This document shows positions 49,698 through 57,657 of a stretch of 64,000 nt of DNA, in pieces. A program made the position numbers and the translations under genes. The notes below the pieces were generated by a model. That model was given only the letters and a program-made list of their open reading frames with translations. It did not search any database and was not told the DNA's origin. Source of the DNA: Chthoniobacteraceae bacterium (lineage in GTDB: Bacteria > Verrucomicrobiota > Verrucomicrobiia > Chthoniobacterales > Chthoniobacteraceae); contig JBEBGD010000017.1 of the NCBI GenBank assembly GCA_040081625.1, forward strand, positions 1 through 64,000. Reading direction: 5' to 3'. The first letter of the stretch is position 1; the number at the start of each line of letters is the position of its first letter.

Positions 49698-49773
49698 GCC
49701 ACTATAGTTTAATTGCCGGTCAAAACACCCGCTTTGGAAGCGGGAGAATCGGGTCCGATCCCCGATAGTGGCT
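49698..49773 (+). tRNA. Non-canonical tRNA / tRNA-like RNA, anticodon TGG (Pro)
   Basis: Fully paired cloverleaf: acceptor GCCACTA/TAGTGGC; T8-A9; D stem GTTT/AAAC with GG in the loop; anticodon stem CCCGC/GCGGG with loop TTTGGAA; T stem TCGGG/CCCGA with loop TCCGATC; discriminator T, then CA. Confidence 0.8.
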
Positions 49774-49799
49774 CATTTTCTAAAAATTGCAAGCGCGAC

Positions 49800-50510
49800 C
49801 TACCGGCCCTCGAACAATTCTGGCGCTCTGGGTTTGTGGCGCTCGTGCAGTTTGAAAACGCTCGCATAAAGCATCTCAAGTGAGGAGAGATTTATCCCGC
49901 GATACGTAAGGTCGTAGCGGATGCGCGCGAGGCGTATGGACGAATCCGCATCGGAAGGCAGAAGAACATCCCCATACATCGACAGGTAGCTACATCCGAT
50001 CCAGAAATTCAACCCGGCAGAAAAAGTATTCAGCTCCTCAATGGCAATCCCAGGAATGACAAATTGCCGAACGTAAACAGGCCTGAGCACAGCAACCCAA
50101 AACGAAAACGCTGCCGCTATCTTTGTCTTCCTGGGCGAGTCGGTGTTTATGCGGATACCGAGCTGCGCGACCTGTCTTTGAATCTCGACTCGGGTCGGGT
50201 GTGGGAGCTTGCAATCTCCCTCCATCGCTTCCATCGAGGCAAAAAAACGATTCACGCCAAATGCATCCCGGTTAAAACGTCTAAATACCTCACGCAAGGC
50301 AAGATGATCGAACGCCAAGTGCCCTTTCAGTGCGGGGCAACTATCTCTGACATAAATGCCGGCCAAATTGACAAACGCTCCGCAAGCGTTAGCGGCCATC
50401 AGGGGGTTTTCCGCATCCAGCCGAGGATTAAAAACAATCTTGAGATTGTTGTTGATCTGCTGGTCTAGGGAGACATTTCCCTCAGCCTCGTTCTGGCTGT
50501 CCGAAGGCAT
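49800..50510 (-). CDS. Hypothetical IS cargo protein (236 aa, helical, possibly Fido/Doc-like fold)
   Basis: Open 236-codon frame in AT-richer DNA; KIAAAFSFWVAVLRP resembles the Doc/Fic helix that precedes the catalytic loop, but HPFxDGNGR is absent. Confidence 0.7.
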   Translation of the reverse strand: MPSDSQNEAEGNVSLDQQINNNLKIVFNPRLDAENPLMAANACGAFVNLAGIYVRDSCPALKGHLAFDHLALREVFRRFNRDAFGVNRFFASMEAMEGDCKLPHPTRVEIQRQVAQLGIRINTDSPRKTKIAAAFSFWVAVLRPVYVRQFVIPGIAIEELNTFSAGLNFWIGCSYLSMYGDVLLPSDADSSIRLARIRYDLTYRGINLSSLEMLYASVFKLHERHKPRAPELFEGR

Positions 50511-50522
50511 GAAATTGTCAGC

Positions 50523-50804
50523 CTAACCGACAAGATGTTTCCCAGAATCCCAAATCGTCCGCGCAAGCTGTTGTGTCACCCCGGTCGAAGTTTGCGCCTC
50601 AATTGAGTCGTCAAACTGTGTCTTGTTGTCGGGTTGGAATCCGGGCGTGTATGGGAGCGCCTCGAAAACCTCCTGAGATGGATAATCCATCTCATCTGGA
50701 AACAAAGGTTGGTAGGGCATAAGGGCGCGCATTTGAGCAGTGCTGAATTTGGTGTCAACAAAGTTTATCGCAGGAAAGATGCCCTCAGGTCGTGTAGTTC
50801 TCAT
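50523..50804 (-). CDS. Hypothetical IS cargo protein (93 aa, acidic/Pro-rich)
   Basis: ATG overlaps the transposase TGA (ATGA, 50801-50804); ends 12 nt before the next cargo gene. Confidence 0.62.
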   Translation of the reverse strand: MRTTRPEGIFPAINFVDTKFSTAQMRALMPYQPLFPDEMDYPSQEVFEALPYTPGFQPDNKTQFDDSIEAQTSTGVTQQLARTIWDSGKHLVG

Positions 50805-51781
50805 TTGGTGAGTGGTTTATACGTGAGCCGCTTCCCCGCGCACTTCTTCAGCCCCTCAACGGTGCGTGCGCCGTCTGTGGTCTTGCGGTGGTCCCACTTG
50901 AAATCCGTTTCTCCAACGTAGCGGTGCAAATGCTTCTTCGAGACGTGGTGAAAGCTGCCGACAATCGACCGTTTGAGCAGGCTGAATGAGCTTTCCGCGT
51001 GGTTCGTCGTGGTGACTGTGCCGTCCGCCTCTTGCCGGCAGTATTCGCCCTTCGAGTGGTTCACCATGCGGTGCTTGTAGATCGTCTTGCTCAAACCCCG
51101 GTATGGCATCGCTTCATCGGTGTGGACGTTTGAGTCGTCGGCCACATTCTGAAAAATCGCCTCGCGCAAATTGCGGGCAGTGACGTGCTCCATGACGAAG
51201 GACCGCTTGCTCCCGTTGCGCTGCACGAGAGACACAACGGCGGTTTTCGGACTGATCTTCGAGCGCACCTTTCCGCTCTCATCGACATACGGACGCGGCT
51301 TGCCGCCAACGTAAGTTTCATCAACCTCAACCGTCCCATCGAGCAAATTGGTGAACGCTGGGTCTTGCATCGCGTGACGGATGCGGTGGCAGAGAAACCA
51401 CGCGGAGCGATACGAGCCGAGCCCAAGGTGCCGCTGCATTTGAAGCGCGCTCACGCCCTTCTTCGCGCCGGACATGATGAACCACGCGACGAGCCAGAGA
51501 TGCAGACCGATGTGGCTGCCCTCGAAGATGGTCCCGACCGTCACGCGGAATTGCTTCTTGCACGCGCCGCACTGCCACAGCCCGGCCCGCACGGTGCCGC
51601 GCTTGGCCGCGCTGATCTTCCAGTGCGTGCCCTGCTCTGCATTTGAGCAGTGCGGACAGACCGGACCATCCGGCCAGCGGATTGCCTCGAAGTATTCAAG
51701 CGCACGCTCTTCCGTGTCGAATCGCTTCATCAATTCCGGCAAGCTCAATTCGTCTGGCGTTGGCAGGAGCGGAGTTTTCAT
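50801..51781 (-). CDS. IS1595-family DDE transposase
   Basis: Zn ribbon CPHC..CGAC; VTVGTIFE; EVDETYVGG; TDE; VNHS; TNHAESSFS; VSKKHLHRYVGE; GKRLTY. Confidence 0.96.
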   Translation of the reverse strand: MKTPLLPTPDELSLPELMKRFDTEERALEYFEAIRWPDGPVCPHCSNAEQGTHWKISAAKRGTVRAGLWQCGACKKQFRVTVGTIFEGSHIGLHLWLVAWFIMSGAKKGVSALQMQRHLGLGSYRSAWFLCHRIRHAMQDPAFTNLLDGTVEVDETYVGGKPRPYVDESGKVRSKISPKTAVVSLVQRNGSKRSFVMEHVTARNLREAIFQNVADDSNVHTDEAMPYRGLSKTIYKHRMVNHSKGEYCRQEADGTVTTTNHAESSFSLLKRSIVGSFHHVSKKHLHRYVGETDFKWDHRKTTDGARTVEGLKKCAGKRLTYKPLTK

Positions 51782-51798
51782 GCGCCTAGATTGGCGAG

Positions 51799-51836
51799 CG
51801 TGGAACATTTGTCAAGTGCATAATCCCGACCTGACC
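51799..51836 (-). repeat. Right terminal inverted repeat and right TSD
   Basis: CGTGGAACATTTGTCAAGTGCATAATCCCG followed by ACCTGACC. Confidence 0.95.
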
Positions 51837-51912
51837 GAATGGGTGAGATTTTCACTTAGCAAAAGCGGGCCACCCGGTTTACCTGCCGGGGAACCTCAAC
51901 TCCCCAAAAGCC

Positions 51913-52470
51913 ATGTTCGGAAGCAAACAAAAGAAAAAAGCCGCCTGGGTCCTAGCCGCATTGGAGCGCTTCGAGCGCCCGCTGCTGCAGTATGCCCTGA
52001 GTATCGTGCAGGATCTGGATCGTGCGCGCGACATCGTGCAGGAGACGTTCATGCGCCTGCACAACCAGGAGCAGAAGAACATCGAGGGGCATCTCTCGCA
52101 GTGGCTTTTCACCGTGTGCCGCAACTGCGCGCTCAAGTGCCTCAAGAAGGAGGACCGCTACATTTACGTCGAGGAGCAGGAGTTTGAATCCAAGAGGTGC
52201 GAGAACCTGACGCCGGCCATGGAGCTGGACCGCAAGGAGCAGGTCGCGCAGGTGATGGAATACGTAAAAGAATTGCCGAAGAACCAGCAGGAGGTCGTGC
52301 GCCTGCGCTTCATGCACCACCACAGCTACCAGGAGATCAGCGACATCACCGGGTTGAGCGTGGGCAATGTGGGTTTCCTCCTGAATGCCGCCATGCGGAA
52401 CCTCCGGTCGAAGTTCGATCGCGAGGAGAAAGACGAGAAAATCATTTACCTGACCAAAGCAGCATCGTGA
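51913..52470 (+). CDS. ECF sigma-70 factor
   Basis: ARDIVQETFMRL; WLFTVCRN; LPKNQQEVVRLRF..SYQEISDITGLSVGNV. Confidence 0.92.
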   Translation: MFGSKQKKKAAWVLAALERFERPLLQYALSIVQDLDRARDIVQETFMRLHNQEQKNIEGHLSQWLFTVCRNCALKCLKKEDRYIYVEEQEFESKRCENLTPAMELDRKEQVAQVMEYVKELPKNQQEVVRLRFMHHHSYQEISDITGLSVGNVGFLLNAAMRNLRSKFDREEKDEKIIYLTKAAS

Positions 52471-53054
52471 GAGGACCACTTTCAGACCAAGACCTGACCA
52501 ATTACGCGCTCGACGAGTTGCTTCCGCGCGAGCGGATCTACGTCGAGTCGATGCTCGCGGCGTCCGAGGAATGTCGGAACGACGTATGCGAGTCGATCGA
52601 GATGGCCCGCCTGCTCGAGCAGGGCTACGAGCGGGAGATCGTGGCGGCGGAGATGCGTGAGCTTTCGCTGCGGTCTGAGCAACGGGCGGAATTGACCCGG
52701 CCTCATTTTACCGCGCGCTATTTTGTCCGCGACGTGGCGGCGGCGCTCGGGCTGGCGGCTTGCGTTGCGTTCACGATCACTCGCGTCGATGCGGAGTCGC
52801 TCATCGGCGCGCGCCATGCGGTGACGAAGGTGGCGACGGTTTCGAGCCAGGCTGCCGATACGATGTCCGCTGCCGCGCAATCGCCCGATGGCATCGACCT
52901 CGCCAAGGCGCTCGCGTCGCTGCGCGAGATGGCGGAGGAGAGTTTCATGCCGGTGGGCGCGGACGTTTTCACTGAGCCGCAGCCGATCTGCACGCCGCCG
53001 ACGCGCCTCCTCGAGAGCGCACAGCTCGCGAGTTTCGGCGACATGATGCCCTGA
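52467..53054 (+). CDS. Putative anti-sigma factor (degenerate zinc-finger type)
   Basis: GTGA-coupled; LTNYALDEL..ER..VESMLAASEECR (the HxxxCxxC positions read M, S, C); one hydrophobic segment. Confidence 0.7.
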   Translation: MRGPLSDQDLTNYALDELLPRERIYVESMLAASEECRNDVCESIEMARLLEQGYEREIVAAEMRELSLRSEQRAELTRPHFTARYFVRDVAAALGLAACVAFTITRVDAESLIGARHAVTKVATVSSQAADTMSAAAQSPDGIDLAKALASLREMAEESFMPVGADVFTEPQPICTPPTRLLESAQLASFGDMMP

Positions 53055-53082
53055 CGCGCCTCGCGCGCGGAAGCAGGTGGGA

Positions 53083-54504
53083 TTATTTGACGGGTGTGGC
53101 TTTGCCCGGTTCGCGTGCGGCGGTCGATTGGGTCTTCGTGAGCGAGTCTCCGAGTTCGGCGCGCATCGTTTGAGCGATGACGAGCAAGCGCGAAAGCTCG
53201 GCGGGATTCTTCGCGGCGACGTTTGTCTTTTCGCCGGTGTCGCTTTGCAGGTCATAGAGCTCGGCCTCGGTGATCTTCGCGTCGGTGTATTTGGCCGGGA
53301 TGCCGCCGGTGCCGCCGGACTTGCCTCCGAGCGTGCGATAGGCGTGCGGCAGTTGGAGCTTCCAGCGACCGCTGGCGAGGGCCTGGAGTTGGTTGTTGGC
53401 GTAGTAGAAGAAATACGCCTCCTGCGGCGACTTCGCGCCGGGCGCGCCGGAGATGAGTGGCCAGCCGTCCTTGCCGTCGATCTTGCGCGGCGGCAGATCG
53501 GCGCCGGCGAGCTTCGCGATCGTCGGTAGCAGGTCGATCGTGCCGAGCGCTTCGTCGGTCGCGGTGCCGGCGGCGATCCTGCCCGGCCAGCGCATCACGC
53601 ACGGCACGCGGACGCCACCTTCCCAGCAAGTGCCCTTGCCCTCGCGTAGTGGACCGGCATTGCCGCAGTGGTCGCCGTAGCTGAGCCACGGGCCGTTGTC
53701 GCTGGTGAAGACGACGAGCGTCTTCTCGTCGATCGCCTGCTCCTTGAGCGTGCGCAGGATTTCGCCGACCGACCAATCGACTTCCTCCATCACGTCGCCA
53801 AACAGCGAGCCGGTCTTGCCCTTGAACTTCTCGCCGACGAAAAGCGGCACATGGACCATCGAGTGCGCGAGGTAGAGGAAGAACGGTTTCTTCGCGCTGC
53901 GCTTGATGAAATCGACCGCGCGTCCGGTGTAGATCGCCGTGAGCTTCGTCTGGTCCGCGGGAGTGACCTCTTCGTCGATGACCTTCTCGCCGTCGATGAG
54001 CGGCAGCTTCGGATACGCGCCCGGCTTCGCCTCGGGATGATGCGGCCACATGTCGTTCGAGTAGGGCAGGCCGAGGTATTCATCGAAGCCCTGTCGCGTC
54101 GGGAGAAACTCTGCTGGTCGCCCGAGGTGCCACTTGCCGACCGCGCACGTCGTGTAGCCCTTCGGCTTGAGCACCTCGGCGATCGTCATTTCGTCCGGGT
54201 GAAGGCCATTCGGCGAGCCCGGTCCGAAAGCGCCATGCACCCCGACGCGCCCGTGGTAGCACCCCGTCAGCAGCGCCGCGCGCGACGCCGAGCACACCGG
54301 CGACGACACATAAAAGCGCGTGAACTTCCGCCCCTCCGCCGCCATGCGATCGAGGTTCGGCGTGGCATAGCCCTTCGCGCCGAAGGGCCCGATGTCGCCG
54401 TAGCCGAGGTCGTCGCAGAAGATGACGACGACATTCGGCAGCTCCGCGGCGCGGAGATTCACCACAAAGGACACGAAGAGCACGAAGCGGAGGAGGAAGC
54501 GCAT
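53083..54504 (-). CDS. Arylsulfatase (S1)
   Basis: LPNVVVIFCDDLGYGD; CSASRAALLTG; GKWHLG; PYSNDM; SDNGPW; EGGVRVP. Confidence 0.93.
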   Translation of the reverse strand: MRFLLRFVLFVSFVVNLRAAELPNVVVIFCDDLGYGDIGPFGAKGYATPNLDRMAAEGRKFTRFYVSSPVCSASRAALLTGCYHGRVGVHGAFGPGSPNGLHPDEMTIAEVLKPKGYTTCAVGKWHLGRPAEFLPTRQGFDEYLGLPYSNDMWPHHPEAKPGAYPKLPLIDGEKVIDEEVTPADQTKLTAIYTGRAVDFIKRSAKKPFFLYLAHSMVHVPLFVGEKFKGKTGSLFGDVMEEVDWSVGEILRTLKEQAIDEKTLVVFTSDNGPWLSYGDHCGNAGPLREGKGTCWEGGVRVPCVMRWPGRIAAGTATDEALGTIDLLPTIAKLAGADLPPRKIDGKDGWPLISGAPGAKSPQEAYFFYYANNQLQALASGRWKLQLPHAYRTLGGKSGGTGGIPAKYTDAKITEAELYDLQSDTGEKTNVAAKNPAELSRLLVIAQTMRAELGDSLTKTQSTAAREPGKATPVK

Positions 54505-54547
54505 GGGACGTGGAAGCTGGCAGCGCTTTGCGTTTTCTCCGACTACC

Positions 54548-54589
54548 AAAAAGCAGCGGGGCCGAACATCGGATGACGTTCGGCCCCGC
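54548..54589 (-). terminator. Rho-independent terminator
   Basis: 12-bp stem GCGGGGCCGAAC/GTTCGGCCCCGC (54556-67/54578-89) followed on the minus strand by TGCTTTTT, downstream of the 54619 gene. Confidence 0.75.
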
Positions 54590-54618
54590 GGTAGTTTCCG
54601 GCGCTGGTGCGCCGCGGA

Positions 54619-57600
54619 TTAGTTCACGTAGGCGAGCTCGTTCGCGAAGAGCAGCGCTTGCGCGTAGGCTTCCCACGCGGTCTGCGGACGGCGCTCGACG
54701 GTCTCACCCTGGTTTTGGATGGGACCGAAGTTCGGGTCGCTCCGCTTCGGCTTGAAGCCCTTCGTGGATTTCTTGTCGGATTTCTCCGACTTCTCCGAGG
54801 CGGACGCCACGGGCTGCACGTCGGCGACGGCCGGCGTGCCTTCGACTTCCTGGATGAAGCTCCGCGCGATGGACATCTCCTGCGCCGACGGCATGCGCTG
54901 GAACATGATGCGATACATCCAGCGGACTTTCTCGTCGGTGCTCGTCGCCTTCACGATCTCCGGGCGGGCGGCGATCTTGCGCGAGATGTCCACGGCCATG
55001 GAGCTGTTCATGAGGAAGAGCGCCTGCTGCGGCACGACGGTGGTGGTGCGCTTGGAGTTCGGCATGTCGGGGTCGCTGAAGTCGAAGTTCTGCATCAGCT
55101 CGGGCAGGTTGCCGCGATCGACGTAGCCATAGACCGAGCGGCGGTAGCTGTAAGGCTCGTCGGTGAGGTTCACCGGCTTGCCGCCGATGGTCTTTTCGAG
55201 CTGGCCGCTGAAGACGAGCAGCGAGTCGCGCATCGACTCGAAGTCGAGTCGGCGGATGTTCGCGCGCCAGAGCAGGTGGTTCATCGGATCCTTCGTCTCG
55301 TAGGCTTTGTTCGTCTCGGTGCTCTGCTGATAGACGGCGGAGAGCATCACGATCTTGTGCATGGTCTTCATGCTCCAGCCGCTCTCCATGAACTTCGCGG
55401 AGAGGTAGTCGAGCAGTTCGGGATGCGAGGGCTTACCGGCCATCACGCCGAGGTCATCGGGCGTGGTGACGAGGCCTTCGCCGAAGTGATGCATCCACAG
55501 GCGGTTCATCGCCACGCGCGCGGTGAGCGGGTTGCCCTTGTCGGCGATGGCTTTCGCGAGGTCGAGGCGGCCGCTGCCCTGGGTGAAGGGGATGGGCTTG
55601 TGATCGGGCGAGAGCACTTCGAGGAAGCCACGCGGGGCGATCGGGCCGCGGCTCTGCGATTCGCCGCGGATGAAGATCGGCGAGTCCTTCGGGTTCGGCT
55701 TGTCGGCCAGCACCATCGCCTTGGCGGGTGCGCCGGGATGCGTGATCTCGAGCAGGTTGATCTCGCCGAAGTTGAGGTTCGCGCGGCCCTGGATCTGGTT
55801 CGGCCACGAGAGGTAGCTCGACTCCATCGCGTCGCGGGTCATCACGCTCGCGGGTTCGATGACGAACGGTCCGCGGAGCAGGTCGATGAGTTCCTGGTCG
55901 AAGCCGTCAACGGTCGAACTCGTGGCGTTCTTCACGGCCGCGAACATTCCCTTGGCCTGCTCCTTCTGGGCTGTGATGAGGGCGGCGTAGATCTTGACGG
56001 CATCATTGACGCTCGTGGGCGGCGTCGCAGTCATGGCCTCGAGCACGAACTTGTTTGCGCCACGCGAGGAGGCTTGCTCGGGCATCCGCCCGTATTTGCC
56101 CTTCTCCTCGCCCTTGGTGCTGGAGATTTTCCGGGAGAGGCGGTCGCTCATTTCGCTGCCGCGCTTGGCGAAGTCGGCGACGTCGAACTTGCCGCGTTGC
56201 TTGAGTTCGTAGAGCGGCGCCCAGACGCCGGGATTGGCGGCGAGGCCGCGGGCGAGGAACTGGACGAACTGCGGATGGAGGTCGTGCTTGCTGATGAGCT
56301 TGTTGCGCTCCTTGGTGGCGTCCGCGTCGCTGCCCTTGCCCTTGCTGGAAAAAGTGAGCGCGGCTTGTAGATACGGCTCCGGCTTCTGCCAGAAGTCGAC
56401 CAGGAATTTCTCCATCCCGCCGTAATAACGGCTCTGCATCTCCTTCACGGCTGCGTTGAATTTCTCCTGGTAGTCGGCGAACTGATCTTTCTTCGACATC
56501 GCCAGCACCGGCCCGTGATCGGGCTCGATGACGCTCGCGAAGACGCCGTGCAGCGCGTAGTAATCGCGCGTCGGGATCGGGTCGAACATGTGATCGTGGC
56601 AGCGCGCGCACGACACGGTGAGGCCGAGGAGGCCTTTGCCGACGACGTCGATGCGGTCGTTGATGACGTCGTTCACGCTGCGGAAGCGCTCACCGACGGT
56701 GAGGAAACCGAGCGCGGCGAGGCGCGGGTCGCCGTCTTTCACGTTGGGCAGTTGATCCGCCGCGAGTTGCTCGATGACGAACTGATCGTAGGGCTTGTCG
56801 TCGTTGAACGCCTTCACGACGTAGTCGCGATAGGTCCACGCGTTCGGGAAGCGATACTCGGTCTCGCGGCGCGCGTTGCGTTCGCCGCCCTTGGTGTCGC
56901 TGTAGCGCGCGGTGTCGAGCCAGTGGCGGCCCCAGCGTTCGCCGTAGTGCGGCGAGGCGAGCAGCTTGTTCACGACCTTCGCGAAGGCGTCGGGCGACTG
57001 GTCCTTGATGAAGTCGGCGACTTCATACGGAGTCGGCGGCAGGCCGATGAGATCGTAGTAAGCGCGGCGGATGAGCGCTTCCTTGCCGGCCTGCTTGTTC
57101 GGCACCATGCCGTTGGCTTCGAGCCCCTGCGCGATGTAGGCGTCGATCGGCGTCTTGCACCAGTTGGCGTTCTTCACCGTCGGCACGGCGGGCTTCACCA
57201 CGGGCAGGTAGGCCCAATGATGGCGTGCGCTGTCGGTCAGCCCGGTGAGCTTGGTCTTGGTCGCCTCGTCGGCGACGCGCGGATCGGGCGCGCCCATCTT
57301 CACCCACTTCGTGAGCACGGCGATCTGCTCGTCACTGAGCTTCTCGCCCTTTGGCGGCATCTGCAGGTCGGCGTCCTTGTAGCCGATCGCGGTGATGAGC
57401 AGCGATTTCTCGGGATGGCCGGGCTCGATGACGGCACCGCTATCGCCGCCTTTTTGCCAGCCGTTCTTGGTGTCGAGTGAGAGGCCGCCCTTGACTTTGT
57501 TTTCCTCGAGCGAGTGGCACTTGTAGCACTGCGCGGAGAGGATGGGCCGGACCTTCGACTCGAAGAACTCGGTCTGCTCGCTGGTCAGCGGTGCATCGGC

Positions 57601-57651
57601 AGCGGCGAAGGCCGTGCTGCCGAGTGCGAGTAGGATGATGGATTTGCGCAT
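54619..57651 (-). CDS. Planctomycete cytochrome C / DUF1549 / DUF1553 protein
   Basis: CYKCH and CARCH; YGERWGRHWLD; PSHPELLD; RRLDFESMRD; PQQALFLMN. Confidence 0.92.
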   Translation of the reverse strand: MRKSIILLALGSTAFAAADAPLTSEQTEFFESKVRPILSAQCYKCHSLEENKVKGGLSLDTKNGWQKGGDSGAVIEPGHPEKSLLITAIGYKDADLQMPPKGEKLSDEQIAVLTKWVKMGAPDPRVADEATKTKLTGLTDSARHHWAYLPVVKPAVPTVKNANWCKTPIDAYIAQGLEANGMVPNKQAGKEALIRRAYYDLIGLPPTPYEVADFIKDQSPDAFAKVVNKLLASPHYGERWGRHWLDTARYSDTKGGERNARRETEYRFPNAWTYRDYVVKAFNDDKPYDQFVIEQLAADQLPNVKDGDPRLAALGFLTVGERFRSVNDVINDRIDVVGKGLLGLTVSCARCHDHMFDPIPTRDYYALHGVFASVIEPDHGPVLAMSKKDQFADYQEKFNAAVKEMQSRYYGGMEKFLVDFWQKPEPYLQAALTFSSKGKGSDADATKERNKLISKHDLHPQFVQFLARGLAANPGVWAPLYELKQRGKFDVADFAKRGSEMSDRLSRKISSTKGEEKGKYGRMPEQASSRGANKFVLEAMTATPPTSVNDAVKIYAALITAQKEQAKGMFAAVKNATSSTVDGFDQELIDLLRGPFVIEPASVMTRDAMESSYLSWPNQIQGRANLNFGEINLLEITHPGAPAKAMVLADKPNPKDSPIFIRGESQSRGPIAPRGFLEVLSPDHKPIPFTQGSGRLDLAKAIADKGNPLTARVAMNRLWMHHFGEGLVTTPDDLGVMAGKPSHPELLDYLSAKFMESGWSMKTMHKIVMLSAVYQQSTETNKAYETKDPMNHLLWRANIRRLDFESMRDSLLVFSGQLEKTIGGKPVNLTDEPYSYRRSVYGYVDRGNLPELMQNFDFSDPDMPNSKRTTTVVPQQALFLMNSSMAVDISRKIAARPEIVKATSTDEKVRWMYRIMFQRMPSAQEMSIARSFIQEVEGTPAVADVQPVASASEKSEKSDKKSTKGFKPKRSDPNFGPIQNQGETVERRPQTAWEAYAQALLFANELAYVN

Positions 57652-57657
57652 GAGAGT

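Larger units (their letters stand above)
48753..51828 (-). mobile_element. Complete IS1595-family insertion sequence with passenger genes (tIS), 3,076 bp
   Basis: 30-bp TIRs with 27/30 identity at 48753-48782 and 51799-51828; perfect 8-bp TSD ACCTGACC at 48745-48752 and 51829-51836; intact DDE transposase; visibly more AT-rich interior. Confidence 0.95.

Noticed and set aside
49698..49773. Ordinary host tRNA-Pro or an integration site
   Set aside because: It lies inside the IS, lacks Pro identity elements and the TTC T-loop, and no integrase or att duplication is present.
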